Shown here piece after piece: positions 37,551-48,115 of a stretch of DNA of 64,000 nucleotides. The translations under genes and the position numbers were made by a program. Within the stretch, counting starts at the first letter, position 1, and every line of letters begins with the position of its first letter. The notes beneath the pieces are model-generated. The model was given only the letters and a program-made list of their open reading frames with translations, did not search any database and had not been told where the DNA came from. Location of the stretch: positions 118,678 to 182,677 of IMG/VR virus record IMGVR_UViG_3300028920_002946. One strand, given 5' to 3'. This DNA comes from a virus.

Positions 37551-37991
37551 ATGAGGATTGAATCGTACAACCCCGAGACGATGGTCATGCTGGAGTCGGA
37601 CGCGGCGTCTGTCGACTTCGGCACGGTGGCCAGGGGCCACCACAACTCCACCGCCGTGTCCGTGAGGCCCGTGGCTGGCGCAGGGGAAACCCTCAGCCGG
37701 CTGGCCCTGTTCCTCGAGGACAACGCAGACCTCAACAACACGCAGTTCGGAAAATTCAAGTGGCCGACGCCGATTGCCGGCATCGAACCCGGAGACCCGC
37801 GGCTGAGCGACTATTTCATACCGGCCCCGGGCGTCTCGGACTTCGAGGACTACGGCGAACTCAGCGACTACGGGGTCCCGATGGACCCCGACACGCCGGA
37901 GTACGTCTGGATGGACGCGGAGGCGGCCACGTCGGAGATGAACCTCGGTGACAAGACCGTGAACTTCAGATTCGTGTTCGAGTATGTCTAA
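37551..37991 (+). CDS. Putative beta-sandwich virion protein, paralog B
   Basis: VDFGTVARG, YVWMD, FRFVFEYV; same length (146 aa). Confidence 0.6.
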   Translation: MRIESYNPETMVMLESDAASVDFGTVARGHHNSTAVSVRPVAGAGETLSRLALFLEDNADLNNTQFGKFKWPTPIAGIEPGDPRLSDYFIPAPGVSDFEDYGELSDYGVPMDPDTPEYVWMDAEAATSEMNLGDKTVNFRFVFEYV

Positions 37992-38376
37992 GGGATCCGC
38001 CAGAAGAACCGTCGGCGCAGTCGTCGCCGATGCCGCATACACCTTGATAGCCGCCGGCACGGGCTTGAGCGACGCCGACGTGAGGAGGCTCCGCGAGGAG
38101 GCCCCGAGGCTTGCCAAGAGGGTGCAGGTCAGCAAAGACGAGAAAAACCCGTTCAAAGGGTTCTCGGACGACGAGAAGCGCCTTCTTCTGGCTTATGTCG
38201 TGTATCTGCGGCAGAACCTCATTATGGACTCGACCACGCACCCGAACGACGAGGATGCGGCGAAGATACTGCACGGCGAGGTGTTCCCGGGGACGGACAG
38301 GAAAACGATGAAACGGCTGGTTGAGGAGCTGGTGAGGCAACTGCAGAAGGCCGGCGTGAAGTTCAACGACGACTAA
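37984..38376 (+). CDS. Hypothetical protein
   Basis: ORF packed in the operon. Confidence 0.55.
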   Translation: MSKGSARRTVGAVVADAAYTLIAAGTGLSDADVRRLREEAPRLAKRVQVSKDEKNPFKGFSDDEKRLLLAYVVYLRQNLIMDSTTHPNDEDAAKILHGEVFPGTDRKTMKRLVEELVRQLQKAGVKFNDD

Positions 38377-38390
38377 GAACGGAGTCAAAA

Positions 38391-38882
38391 ATGGCACTCG
38401 GAAAAAAGGATCTCATCGGTGACATATCGGTCATCGACTTCAGAATCGTGTTTGGGACGGCCGCCGTCAGTTCGGATCACCAGAAGGTGGTCATCAACTA
38501 CACCGGCTACGCGTTCCCGGCGCTGGCGAACGGGGAACTCACCACGTACGAGTACTCGCTCGACAACGGGAGCACATGGCAGGCAATGACGCCGTCGTCC
38601 GGCACCGACCTCACGTCGCTCGGGTTCTCCGCGGGCGGCACGGCCCACACGTTCGAGTGGGAGGCGAAGGCGGACGAGGGGACGGACTTCTACAACGTGA
38701 CTGTCAGAATCCGAATGAACGCGGAGAGCGGTTCGGACGAAACGGGAGTCACCTCGACCTCCTACTACTTCGAACGAACCTCCACGAACGTCGCGCAGTC
38801 GGCGCAGCCGTCGCCGTTCCCGGAAAGCTATGCGGGTCAATCCGGCAACGAGCTCATGAGGGGCTTGGCGCCGAGGCTGTAG
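38391..38882 (+). CDS. Putative beta-rich structural protein
   Basis: [11 protein letters not shown] motif, S/T-rich. Confidence 0.5.
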   Translation: MALGKKDLIGDISVIDFRIVFGTAAVSSDHQKVVINYTGYAFPALANGELTTYEYSLDNGSTWQAMTPSSGTDLTSLGFSAGGTAHTFEWEAKADEGTDFYNVTVRIRMNAESGSDETGVTSTSYYFERTSTNVAQSAQPSPFPESYAGQSGNELMRGLAPRL

Positions 38883-38928
38883 ATCTCGACAGACGGGGGC
38901 GCGCGCCGCCCCCGGCAAGGCATATAAG

Positions 38929-39939
38929 ATGGCAGACGGGGCTGATCCGCTCAGGATACTCGGCCTTTCCCCGGGCGCCAGCCTGGAGGACGCCAAGGAA
39001 CATTACCGCCGGCTCTGCCTGAGATACCATCCCGACAAAAACCCCGGGAACGAAACACAGTTCCGCAGGATCGCGGAGGCCTACGCCCAAGTGCGGGCGA
39101 AGCCATCCCTTCTCGAATCCGTGGCCCCCGAGCGGGGCGGCGTCGTAAGCTACCTCAGTAGCGGCATCAAGCTCAGCATGAGGGACATATACCTCGCGAG
39201 CGAGCAGACGGTGTCTTTTCAGCGCCTGACCAAATGCGGCAGATGTTCCGGGACGGGGGCCGCCGACGGCGCCAAGGGCGTGTGCGAGTGTTGCAGCGGC
39301 GTCGGCATCATCGACAGCGCCGTCCTCTCCATGATGGGGCGTGACAACCTCTGCCCGGTGTGCAAGGGGTCGGGCATCGTCGGGGAAGTCTGCCCCGCAT
39401 GCCACGGGGACAAGACGGTCTTGGAGAACGTCACGGCGACGTTTCGATCCACGCTTCATTGCTACTACAAGCGAGGGGTTCTCCTCAAGGGGTTCGGAAA
39501 CGTGCGCCCCGACGGCAGCTACGAGGATTTGATGGTCAAGCTGGACATCCACAAGGATCCCTATGTTTCCGTCGACGGGACTTCGTTCAAGGTGTACGTG
39601 TACGTCACGCCCGCGCAGCGGGTGTCGGGACACAGGGGGGTGCTCCACATATTCGACAGGGACGTGCCCTACAAGGTTGACCCCTGGGACTCCGAAAACA
39701 TCGTCTACGACGGCATACGGCCGGGGTTCCGGCGCGAGATAAGGGTCGTGTACAAGGAGGTCGTGCCCGAGGTGACCGACGAAACAAGGGAACTGTATCG
39801 GCGCATCAAGGACCTCGAGGGGAAATCATGCGACAAGGTGGGATCCCTCGCCCTGACGAAGTTGTGCGAGCCAAACCCGACTCCGAACGCGGGCGGCCCG
39901 GCCAAACGAGGAAAAAGCCGCGCGCGACACCGCTACTGA
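38929..39939 (+). CDS. dnaJ: DnaJ-like co-chaperone
   Basis: J-domain HPD; four CxxCxGxG-type repeats. Confidence 0.9.
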   Translation: MADGADPLRILGLSPGASLEDAKEHYRRLCLRYHPDKNPGNETQFRRIAEAYAQVRAKPSLLESVAPERGGVVSYLSSGIKLSMRDIYLASEQTVSFQRLTKCGRCSGTGAADGAKGVCECCSGVGIIDSAVLSMMGRDNLCPVCKGSGIVGEVCPACHGDKTVLENVTATFRSTLHCYYKRGVLLKGFGNVRPDGSYEDLMVKLDIHKDPYVSVDGTSFKVYVYVTPAQRVSGHRGVLHIFDRDVPYKVDPWDSENIVYDGIRPGFRREIRVVYKEVVPEVTDETRELYRRIKDLEGKSCDKVGSLALTKLCEPNPTPNAGGPAKRGKSRARHRY

Positions 39940-39944
39940 CTCCG

Positions 39945-40547
39945 TCACTCGGACGGGATGTTTTCCCTGAAGTCCTTCTGCTTGATGTGCGGGACGCCCG
40001 GGTACTTGTCCCGCACATAAGCTTCAACCCCGGTCACATCGGGGAACTCGATGAAGGCCGTGGTCCGTATCTCCACGGGCAGCTTGTGGGAGAGGATGTC
40101 CTCCATTGTCTCGTTGACCGCCGTGAGGTACTCGTCGGCGCTGATCGGCTTCCCTATGATCGGCCCGACGTTCTCCACCGCCTTCAAGTCCACGCTGTAG
40201 GCGTCGACCAGCCCCTCCTCGTTCAGCGCGTGTACGACGGGGGGCGAGTAGCCGTTTGTGTACACCTTGGTCAGCAGTCCCTTGGATCTTGCGTGACGGC
40301 AGGCCTCCAAGAGGCCCTTCTCCCATATGGTAGGTTCGCCGCCCAGGAACACGACCGCATCGTGGAGCGGCGTGACCAGGACATCGATCATCTCGATGGC
40401 GTCGCCGATGACGTTGTCGGGGTTGACGATTTGCTCGTAGTTGTAACAGCCGACGCACTTGAAGTTGCAGCCGAGGGAGAAGAGGATCACGGAAATGTGA
40501 TTCTCGTACTCCTGGAAGCCCTCCTGTATGTAGCTCACTATCTTCAT
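39945..40547 (-). CDS. nrdG: Anaerobic RNR activating enzyme (radical SAM)
   Basis: GCNFKCVGCYN, LGGEPT, YTNG; adjacent to nrdD. Confidence 0.88.
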   Translation of the reverse strand: MKIVSYIQEGFQEYENHISVILFSLGCNFKCVGCYNYEQIVNPDNVIGDAIEMIDVLVTPLHDAVVFLGGEPTIWEKGLLEACRHARSKGLLTKVYTNGYSPPVVHALNEEGLVDAYSVDLKAVENVGPIIGKPISADEYLTAVNETMEDILSHKLPVEIRTTAFIEFPDVTGVEAYVRDKYPGVPHIKQKDFRENIPSE

Positions 40548-40563
40548 GTCATTTCCTCGCGGC

Positions 40564-43500
40564 TTACCCGCCGACGGACACAAGCTGCCCGTTGCGGTAG
40601 AACACCCTCTTCGGGTACTCCCAGTCCCTGCGGATCCGGTTCCAGCTGCTGACCGGCGTGATGAACCCCACCACCCGCGTGTACTGCCGGACGATTTTCT
40701 CCCCGCATATCTTGCAGGTTTCGTGTTTTCCAATGGTGTAGTGCTCCCGCGCGCACTCGCTGTAGGCGTAGTTCACCGCGAAGTAGACGGTCCCGGTCTT
40801 CCGGGCCATGTCCATCATCCTCTTGAATTGGACCGGCGACAGGGGCTTCTCATCGTCTACGTTGATGTGGAGAATGGCCCCGCCGGTCGTCAGCTGGTCG
40901 ATGCTGCCCTGGATGCGGAAGCGATCATAGATGGAACCCTCCTCGATGAGCGGGATGTACTGGTTCGAGTAGATCTTGAACTTCTTCGGGTTGTACCCCA
41001 TAAGGGTGTCCAGCTCGCAGAGCCTGACGGCCATGGACTCGCCGGGGATCTGCTCGATGTTGTAGATGTTGCCCTCCGATCGTTCGTCCGACTGCCACCG
41101 GAGTATGTTGGACTCGACATTTTTCAAGACCTCGGCGAGCGCGTCGACCCCGTCGTTCGTCCGGATGTCCAGCCCCTTGTTGGACACGTACTCGTGTGCG
41201 CCGATGAAGCCGATGGTCGAGTACTGCTTGCGCAGATGTATCCAGTCATACGTGTAGAGCGGCATGTTCCCGCTGGCGATGAGGTGCTTGATGAGCTGCC
41301 GGTGCGCGTAGAGGATCTTGTGCAGGAGATTCAGGTCCCTCTTCAGTATCCCGGGGTCGTCCTTTTCGAGTACTGCTATCCTCGGCAGGTTCAGCCCGGC
41401 GACCCTGTGGGAGCCTATGGAGAGGCCGCCGACGCCGAAGCTGTTGTGGTATCCGGCGTCCGCGACCTTGCTGAAGTCGTTTCGCAGCCGGCAGCAGGAG
41501 GAGAAGCTCGTCGGGCTGGATTGGAAGACATTCGCGAGCGATTTCCTGCTGTTGATCTCGGCCGCCCAGTCGGCGAACTCGGGATCTATCAGTTCCCCGT
41601 CGTCGTCGACCGATATGGCGAGCGTCATCACGGGGAACGTGAACATACCCTCGGTGCCGTTGATGTCGCTGTAGTACTCGAAGAACAGCTTCGAGAGTTC
41701 GACGACGCTGGAGATGTCGGGTTCGTGGAAGTTGCCTTTCCCATCGGGGATGAGGTATTTGTTGCCGTTCATGTTCAACAGGGTTTCGAGGAACCCGTGG
41801 TCCATCACGCTCAAGTTCGTGAAGGCCGACTGGCTCCCCCTGAAGGGAAAGTTCATCGAGTAGATGAAGTTCTGGAACTGGTTCTTCACATGATACCACT
41901 CGGCGGCCTCGTGCGAGTCGATGCCCGCGTCGTGATCCCGCTTGCCCTTCCGGATGATAGCCGCGTAACCGTCCCCTTTCTCCCTGCGGTAGAACCAGTC
42001 GAGTATGACGAAGAAGTCGGGGTAGCTCGCGGCACCGACAATCTGGTTGCTGATGTAGGCCGTGCTTTGGATGATGAGCGCGATGAACGTGTCGCTCCGG
42101 CGCGGGGGCTTGATTGTCATGTTGCCGCGGAAGAACGCCATGCCGCCGGTCAGCAACTCCCTGAGATCGAAGGCGAAGCAGTTGTGCTGCTTCATTCCGT
42201 TTGCGTAGAAGGTACCCGTTTCCGTGGTGACGTCGTATACGTAATCCCCCAGCGACTCTCCCGAAAAAGTGGAGCGAAACTCCGAAACGGGAATCCGAAA
42301 TATCTTGGATACCTTGTCCGACCGGGGTGTTGTGTCCATATTTCCATTCGGTGTAGCATCGTCCCGGGATTGTAGTTTTTGGGAAAGGTCTTTCATCCCA
42401 GAAGAAGGCGTGAAAGAAATCCCGAACAGCCAATCCATATTGGATCCGCAGATGCGCTTGGAACTTTTCACCCCCATCGATGACAGCACGTCGTGTAGCT
42501 GATTGACCAGTCCGTACCCGGCAACCCTCAAGTTGATTGAGCCGGAGGGCGTAACGGTGCCATCGCTGTCGATCAGCCCGGCGACAAGCGCCTCGACTGA
42601 ATCTTCGTCCCAATCGAAAATGTTCGCCGGGAGTGCCTTCCTGAAAGCGCTGGAGGAATCCTTGATTCCGAAAAACTTGGCGAGAAGCATTTTCAGCCGC
42701 AGTGAACTGAATCGAATTTTCCTGTCAGCAATGATTTCAATGTAGCGATCATTGAGTAGCCTCTTCACCACCGAGTATATGCGAGAGCGCTTGATATCCT
42801 TCTGGTACACATACACCCAATTGCGAAGCTCGTCTATCTTGATGGCAACATCCTCGTTTGTGAGGTTGTTGCTGTCATGGTAGAACTTCGTCCGGCTGAC
42901 ATTTCCATCACCCAGGATAAAACCAATAAGGTAAGCCATGTCCGACGGGACCGATACGGTGCCTGATAGTTCGCCAACAGGCCTCGTAGAGTCGACGGCG
43001 TCCCCAACAGAGAGATCCCCGGCTTTTTTCTCGGAACCGTCGGACAAGATAACCGGATGGTCGTCCGTGACAAGCGCGAAGTCCCCGTTTTCGGTTTGGT
43101 ATGCTATCATGTCACGTTCGTTCTTGTGCCTCAGGATCCTCTTCAAGGGCACCCAAGACCCATCAGCATCAAGTATCTCAAGACGGTGCCTTTGGATGAC
43201 GGATTCGGAAAGAATATCATCCTTGTACCTGTGGCACATGCGGCCGCCATTGCTTTCAAGAGGCATCGTGAAATAGTCGATCGTCTTGAACACAGACCCG
43301 CAGTCTATGACGTCCATACCCGGGGCGGTTACCGCGTGTTCCTCGTATTCAAGGAAGAGGTCGCGCATCGTCAAGGTTCTCACCTTGCCGTTCACTTTGA
43401 TTGTCACGGGGGTCTGTTCATAATACGAATACGGCATGTGTGCGTGCGTAAGGTCGTTCACGAATATCTCGCCGTTCACGATCTTCTCGATGGCCTCCGT

Positions 43501-43827
43501 CGCCGTCTCCTCATCCGCCGTTTCCTTCACCCACTTGTAGAGGAGGAAGAGCGAGTTCAGCTTCATCAGCGACTTGTTGTTCTCCTGGTTGTACTGGTGG
43601 ATGTTTTTCTCTTTGACGTTGGCGTTCGCGTCCACGCTCACGTCCGCCACGCTCCCGGACTTGCCGAAGAACTCTTTCGAAAACTGAACGATGTCCATGT
43701 GCTTGTTGGCGATGCCCTGTATGGAGAACACCTCCTCCCCGTACCTCTTGTACAGGCTCTCCATCAAATCCACGAAGTCGTTCTCGAATGTCTGCTTGAC
43801 GTACCAGCCCTTGAGATGAACCGACAT
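40564..43827 (-). CDS. nrdD: Anaerobic (class III) ribonucleotide reductase, intein-containing
   Basis: PY|C, SCCRL finger loop, EQIPGES, C-terminal metal site and YTRVVGF glycyl-radical motif. Confidence 0.92.
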   Translation of the reverse strand: MSVHLKGWYVKQTFENDFVDLMESLYKRYGEEVFSIQGIANKHMDIVQFSKEFFGKSGSVADVSVDANANVKEKNIHQYNQENNKSLMKLNSLFLLYKWVKETADEETATEAIEKIVNGEIFVNDLTHAHMPYSYYEQTPVTIKVNGKVRTLTMRDLFLEYEEHAVTAPGMDVIDCGSVFKTIDYFTMPLESNGGRMCHRYKDDILSESVIQRHRLEILDADGSWVPLKRILRHKNERDMIAYQTENGDFALVTDDHPVILSDGSEKKAGDLSVGDAVDSTRPVGELSGTVSVPSDMAYLIGFILGDGNVSRTKFYHDSNNLTNEDVAIKIDELRNWVYVYQKDIKRSRIYSVVKRLLNDRYIEIIADRKIRFSSLRLKMLLAKFFGIKDSSSAFRKALPANIFDWDEDSVEALVAGLIDSDGTVTPSGSINLRVAGYGLVNQLHDVLSSMGVKSSKRICGSNMDWLFGISFTPSSGMKDLSQKLQSRDDATPNGNMDTTPRSDKVSKIFRIPVSEFRSTFSGESLGDYVYDVTTETGTFYANGMKQHNCFAFDLRELLTGGMAFFRGNMTIKPPRRSDTFIALIIQSTAYISNQIVGAASYPDFFVILDWFYRREKGDGYAAIIRKGKRDHDAGIDSHEAAEWYHVKNQFQNFIYSMNFPFRGSQSAFTNLSVMDHGFLETLLNMNGNKYLIPDGKGNFHEPDISSVVELSKLFFEYYSDINGTEGMFTFPVMTLAISVDDDGELIDPEFADWAAEINSRKSLANVFQSSPTSFSSCCRLRNDFSKVADAGYHNSFGVGGLSIGSHRVAGLNLPRIAVLEKDDPGILKRDLNLLHKILYAHRQLIKHLIASGNMPLYTYDWIHLRKQYSTIGFIGAHEYVSNKGLDIRTNDGVDALAEVLKNVESNILRWQSDERSEGNIYNIEQIPGESMAVRLCELDTLMGYNPKKFKIYSNQYIPLIEEGSIYDRFRIQGSIDQLTTGGAILHINVDDEKPLSPVQFKRMMDMARKTGTVYFAVNYAYSECAREHYTIGKHETCKICGEKIVRQYTRVVGFITPVSSWNRIRRDWEYPKRVFYRNGQLVSVGG
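42181..43428 (-). mobile_element. Intein (Ser1 start) with LAGLIDADG endonuclease in nrdD
   Basis: PY|SYYEQTPV ... YDVTTETGTFYANGMKQHN|C; LIGFILGDG and AGLIDSDG blocks; lower GC. Confidence 0.92.
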
Positions 43828-43879
43828 AGACAGTTTCCTCCAATAGGGGGCGCGCGGAAGGGTGCCGCGAGCCCTCGAA

Positions 43880-44572
43880 TTAGTGTCTCACGAATATCCC
43901 GATGATTGCCTGAAGCAGGGAACGGAAGCCGCCCCGAGGTTGCTCCCCGCCGTTCATGTGGAAGTCTCTATCTGGTACCGCAGCCACGGCCTCCGGAGCG
44001 GGTGGCTGTCCCTCTTCCGTCTGCGGAGGGTGTATGTCGGTGCGGAAACGTTTCCAGTCGAATAATCTGCCCGGGTCGATTTTTCTGCCCGGGGCGATGT
44101 CCTCGTGGCCGACTATGTTTTCCTCGGGTATCCCATGCTCCCCCATGAGCCCCTTGACCAACTCGGCCAACCGCTCGTATTGGAAGTCGGTGTATTCCAC
44201 GAGGTTTCCGTCGCCCTCGAGCTCGATGCCGATGCTGTATCTGTTGATGTTGGTCCTGGCCTCGCCCCCGACCGTCCAAGAGGATCTGCCCGCGTGGTAG
44301 GCCACGTCCTCGTGCTTCACGAGGGCTATCATGTCGGAGCGGCCCTCGTACGGCTCGCGGGGTATGATGTAGTGGGCGCTGACCTTGTTCTCGACCTTGC
44401 CGGTCTTCTTGTTGCGGTGCAGCTCCTCGTTCGTGAACCAGGCCACCGCGCCGCCGACGCCATACAGCTTCCCGCCCTTCGACCCGATGTGGTGGATGAT
44501 GATCATGTCGAGCGGGTCGGAGGCTGATCTCGGGTGCCTGAAAGGGCTTGGTATCCACCGCTTGATCAGCAT
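43880..44572 (-). CDS. N-acetylmuramoyl-L-alanine amidase (AmpD/amidase_2), endolysin candidate
   Basis: IIIHH, VSAHY, AYHAG, SIGIEL, GHEDIAPGRKIDPG. Confidence 0.9.
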   Translation of the reverse strand: MLIKRWIPSPFRHPRSASDPLDMIIIHHIGSKGGKLYGVGGAVAWFTNEELHRNKKTGKVENKVSAHYIIPREPYEGRSDMIALVKHEDVAYHAGRSSWTVGGEARTNINRYSIGIELEGDGNLVEYTDFQYERLAELVKGLMGEHGIPEENIVGHEDIAPGRKIDPGRLFDWKRFRTDIHPPQTEEGQPPAPEAVAAVPDRDFHMNGGEQPRGGFRSLLQAIIGIFVRH

Positions 44573-44652
44573 AGCTACGCTCCTCCCGGGCGGGCCGATC
44601 CCACCCTCGACACAATCGTCTCTGCATCAGGTTTGGGCAACTAGAAAACCCG

Positions 44653-44665
44653 TATTAGTTTAGTA
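44653..44665 (-). promoter_or_regulatory. Putative late promoter motif (TACTAAACTAATA on minus strand) upstream of the amidase
   Basis: Variant of the 36258/49037 motif. Confidence 0.4.
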
Positions 44666-44796
44666 TTGGCTATCGATTCTATGTGCCCATCCTTCAATGT
44701 AATGGTCGGGCGTCTTCGGATTAAACCGGCGGGCCAAGGGAACGAAAGAAAGAAAAACCGCAAGGAACATCTTTATCAAAAAGTATATTAATAGGA

Positions 44797-45924
44797 ATGA
44801 GGAGGCGATCCGTGGAGGAATCGTACGTGCTGGACCATGCCATCTTCGAAACGGTGACAGGCTCCCAGGCCTACGGGACGAACACGCCCCAGTCGGACAC
44901 CGACAGGACGGGTGTCATGGTGCCCGGCCCGGAGTACACGATGGGTTTGCAGAGGTTCGGCGAGTACAGCGACTTCGAGGGCGACGACCGCAAGTTCTAC
45001 GGCATCCAGAAGTTCATGGCGCTGTGCGTCGAGAACAACCCAAGCATCCTCGAACTGTTGTGGGCGCCGGAGAGGTGCGTCCGACAGACAACGCGGTATT
45101 GGGAGGCCATCCTGCCGGCACGCGATGGGCTACTCTCGAAGAAATGCGGCTACACCTACAGCGGATACGCCATCGAACAGCTGCACAGGATCGAGAGGCA
45201 CCGCAAATACCTCCTCGACCCCCCGAAAAGCCCCCCCTCACGGACGGAAATGGGCCTCCCGGAAACCCCGGTGTTCCCGACCTCGCAGCTGAAGGCCGTG
45301 TGCTCGGTCGCCATCGAGGCCATACCGGAGCACATGAGGACGGACTTCTTCTCGGAGCTCGACCAGATATATGGCGACTGGGTGATGCCCCTCTTCGCGA
45401 GGTACTTGATACCGTCGCAGAGGTCGATGGCCATGGATTGGCTGCAGAAGGGGTTGAGATCCCAGGCAAGGTCGCTCGCCACCCTCGGCAGGAGGTTCCT
45501 GCGGGACGAGTATGTCGAGATGGCGGCCAAGGAAATCGAGTACATGGACCGGCTGCAGGAGTGGCGGAGGTATCTGTCCTGGAAGAAGAGCCGGAACAAG
45601 AAACGCGCCGCGCTGGAGGAGAAGTTCGGGTACGATTGCAAGCACGCCATGCACCTCGTCCGGCTGATGCGCATGGGCGCCGAAATACTGCAGGACGGCA
45701 AAGTCAACGTGGATCGGACGGATATCGACGCGGAGGAGCTCCGGGAGATACGCAACGGGGCTTGGGAGTTCGGCCGGGTGCAAGCGTACGCCAGGGAACA
45801 GGACGAGCGTCTGAGGAGGCTGCGTCAGGAGTCGTCGCTGCCACAGGGGCCCAGCGGAAAAACGGCCCAAAAGGCCTGTGTGGAGGTCACGAAATTGTTC
45901 TATCGAGACTGCGGATATGTATAA
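44797..45924 (+). CDS. Pol-beta superfamily nucleotidyltransferase (RlaP/Nuc-transf-like)
   Basis: GSQAYGTNTPQSDTD, NNPSILELL, YDCKHAMHLVRL, LREIRNG. Confidence 0.85.
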   Translation: MRRRSVEESYVLDHAIFETVTGSQAYGTNTPQSDTDRTGVMVPGPEYTMGLQRFGEYSDFEGDDRKFYGIQKFMALCVENNPSILELLWAPERCVRQTTRYWEAILPARDGLLSKKCGYTYSGYAIEQLHRIERHRKYLLDPPKSPPSRTEMGLPETPVFPTSQLKAVCSVAIEAIPEHMRTDFFSELDQIYGDWVMPLFARYLIPSQRSMAMDWLQKGLRSQARSLATLGRRFLRDEYVEMAAKEIEYMDRLQEWRRYLSWKKSRNKKRAALEEKFGYDCKHAMHLVRLMRMGAEILQDGKVNVDRTDIDAEELREIRNGAWEFGRVQAYAREQDERLRRLRQESSLPQGPSGKTAQKACVEVTKLFYRDCGYV

Positions 45925-45968
45925 ATCATGGGCCTAAACGGTATATTACGGACATGGAGGATGCGCCA

Positions 45969-46217
45969 ATGGCGGAATGCCAAGGTTGGTGGGGCAAGAA
46001 ATTCGGGCATAAGTTCGACCATATCTTCGACGTGGAGAAGGGGGAGCCGACATTGTCGGGCTACCAAAGCTCCCGTAGAGGGCCGGGCATCTCCGGAGTC
46101 GATACCTCCCCGGGCATCATGGAGATCCTTGAGGCCAGCAGACCGGTCAAAAGGATCTATGTCTACAGCATATGCCGAAGATGCGGCCACATCATACACA
46201 GGGACGGCATGTCCTGA
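45969..46217 (+). CDS. Small hypothetical protein
   Basis: GGAGG RBS, TATATT at 45942; C..GH.F and CRRCG. Confidence 0.55.
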   Translation: MAECQGWWGKKFGHKFDHIFDVEKGEPTLSGYQSSRRGPGISGVDTSPGIMEILEASRPVKRIYVYSICRRCGHIIHRDGMS

Positions 46218-46242
46218 AAGGGCTTTTGACGGCAGAAATCAT

Positions 46243-46569
46243 ATGGAACCCAAACACGACGATCTACACGAGCGGACATACTTGGTGCAGTGTTGGGTAC
46301 ACCCAAGTTCCGGCAAGGATCTGATGGACAAGAACAGGATCCTGGAGGAGATGAGGACGTTCCTCGGACACGTCTTCACCGACGACAAGGGGCTGGAGGA
46401 GGGCATGAAGCAATTTGAGAGGCAGGTGGACGGCTTGGTCCTGCATCCGTTCTTCATGAGATCCCGCCGCCCCGTCGCCGACCCGGAGGGCGAGTTCATG
46501 GGCAGGATACGGGAGAGCCACCCCGAGGCGAAGTTCGCCTCCTGCCAGGAGATCCCGAACTCGAAATAG
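46243..46569 (+). CDS. Hypothetical protein
   Basis: ORF packed in the operon. Confidence 0.55.
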   Translation: MEPKHDDLHERTYLVQCWVHPSSGKDLMDKNRILEEMRTFLGHVFTDDKGLEEGMKQFERQVDGLVLHPFFMRSRRPVADPEGEFMGRIRESHPEAKFASCQEIPNSK

Positions 46570-46591
46570 TACTTACAGGAGGCGCATACTT

Positions 46592-48100
46592 ATGGCAGCG
46601 CACAACAAGAGCATTCTAGCGGAGGGCCTGCGGGCCATGGCGCGGACGTCCGTCTGCCCGTGGGACGACTACTACGCCCGCATGGCGCAGACGGACTGGC
46701 TGGAGTGGCGCCATGAGAAGCGTTGCACGAAGACATACTTCATCCGCAACTGCCCCTTCGGCGGCTCCTACGCGCTCCTGGGCGGCGTCACGGAGTTCCT
46801 GCGGCAGGTCCATGACTATCGGTTCACGGACGAGGCCCTCGAGGTCATGCGCGGACAGGGATACCGCGAGGACTTCCTCGAGTATCTCAAACAGAAGCGC
46901 CGCCTCTCGCTCATGACCCACAGCCTGCCCGAGGGTTCGATCTTCTTCCCGGGCGAGCCGGCCGTCGTCATCGGCGGGGCGCTCCTGGACGTGCGCCTCG
47001 CAGAGGGCATGCTCCTCGAGTGCGTGAACTTCCCGTCGCTGTCCATGACGAAATGGAGCCGCGTGGCGCACGCCACCGGCACGGGATCCGTCATGGAGTT
47101 CGCCAGGCGCAGGGCGCAGGATCCCTTCCGCACCAGCCTCTACGCCTACCTCGCCGGGGCGGCCGTGAGCAGCAACGACGAGATGGGGCAGTGGTTCGAC
47201 ATCCCCACCGTCGGCACGATGGGCCACGAGTGGATACAGAGCTACGGGCATGAGTTCGACGCCTTCGACCGGTGGCTGGCGCACAACCCCGACAGGCCCG
47301 TGCTCCTCGTCGACACCGTGGACACCCTGTCGTCCGGCGTCCCCAACGCCATCAAGGCCTTCAAGGCGCATAGGGGGGCCATAGGGGACGCCACCATGGG
47401 CATCCGGCTGGACTCCGGCGACCTGGCCTATCTGGCCATGATGGCCTACCAGAAGCTTGATATGGCAGGCCTGTTCAGCGTGAAGATATACATGACCAAC
47501 GACCTCGAGGAACACTCCATACAGGCCATACGGGGCCAGATAGAGCAGAACGCGGCCCGGTTCGGGTATCCGCCCGGGGAGATATTCCGCAAGCTCGTCT
47601 GGGCGTGCGGCACGAAGCCCGGCACCTGCTGGGACCAGCCGAGCATAGGCGGGGTGGCCAAGCTGACGTCGATGTCCTTCAAGGCCTCGGAGCAGCCCGT
47701 CATAAAGCTCGCGCGGGACAACCCCGTCAAGACGAGCATCCCCGGCAACAACAGGTCGGCGGCGCTGGTCAGCGAGGACGGTTTCCTCCAAGGCATCCTG
47801 ATCATGGGCGCCCGCGAGGATCCGAAGGAGATCCGGGAGTTCGTGCATCCGGACGACGAGAGCAAGAGGACGACCATACCGTTGGAATGGGCGGTCGCCC
47901 CCCGCCAAGTGGGCAGCAGCGACGCGCCGCCGCCATCGGAGACGCTGACGGCGGTGAGGGAGCGGGTACAGGAGCAGCTGGCCATGCTGCATTGGACGCA
48001 CCGGAGGCTCGACAAGCCGCACCGGGTGAAGGTCGGCCTCAGCCCGAGGCTCTTCGAGCTCCGGCAGAGGATGATAAGGAACGGGGCGCTCTACGACTAG
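46592..48100 (+). CDS. pncB: Nicotinate phosphoribosyltransferase
   Basis: FIRNCPFGG, EFARRRAQ, GTMGH, LVDT, GIRLDSGDL, TNDLEE. Confidence 0.85.
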   Translation: MAAHNKSILAEGLRAMARTSVCPWDDYYARMAQTDWLEWRHEKRCTKTYFIRNCPFGGSYALLGGVTEFLRQVHDYRFTDEALEVMRGQGYREDFLEYLKQKRRLSLMTHSLPEGSIFFPGEPAVVIGGALLDVRLAEGMLLECVNFPSLSMTKWSRVAHATGTGSVMEFARRRAQDPFRTSLYAYLAGAAVSSNDEMGQWFDIPTVGTMGHEWIQSYGHEFDAFDRWLAHNPDRPVLLVDTVDTLSSGVPNAIKAFKAHRGAIGDATMGIRLDSGDLAYLAMMAYQKLDMAGLFSVKIYMTNDLEEHSIQAIRGQIEQNAARFGYPPGEIFRKLVWACGTKPGTCWDQPSIGGVAKLTSMSFKASEQPVIKLARDNPVKTSIPGNNRSAALVSEDGFLQGILIMGAREDPKEIREFVHPDDESKRTTIPLEWAVAPRQVGSSDAPPPSETLTAVRERVQEQLAMLHWTHRRLDKPHRVKVGLSPRLFELRQRMIRNGALYD

Positions 48101-48115
48101 CGGAACGGAGGACAG

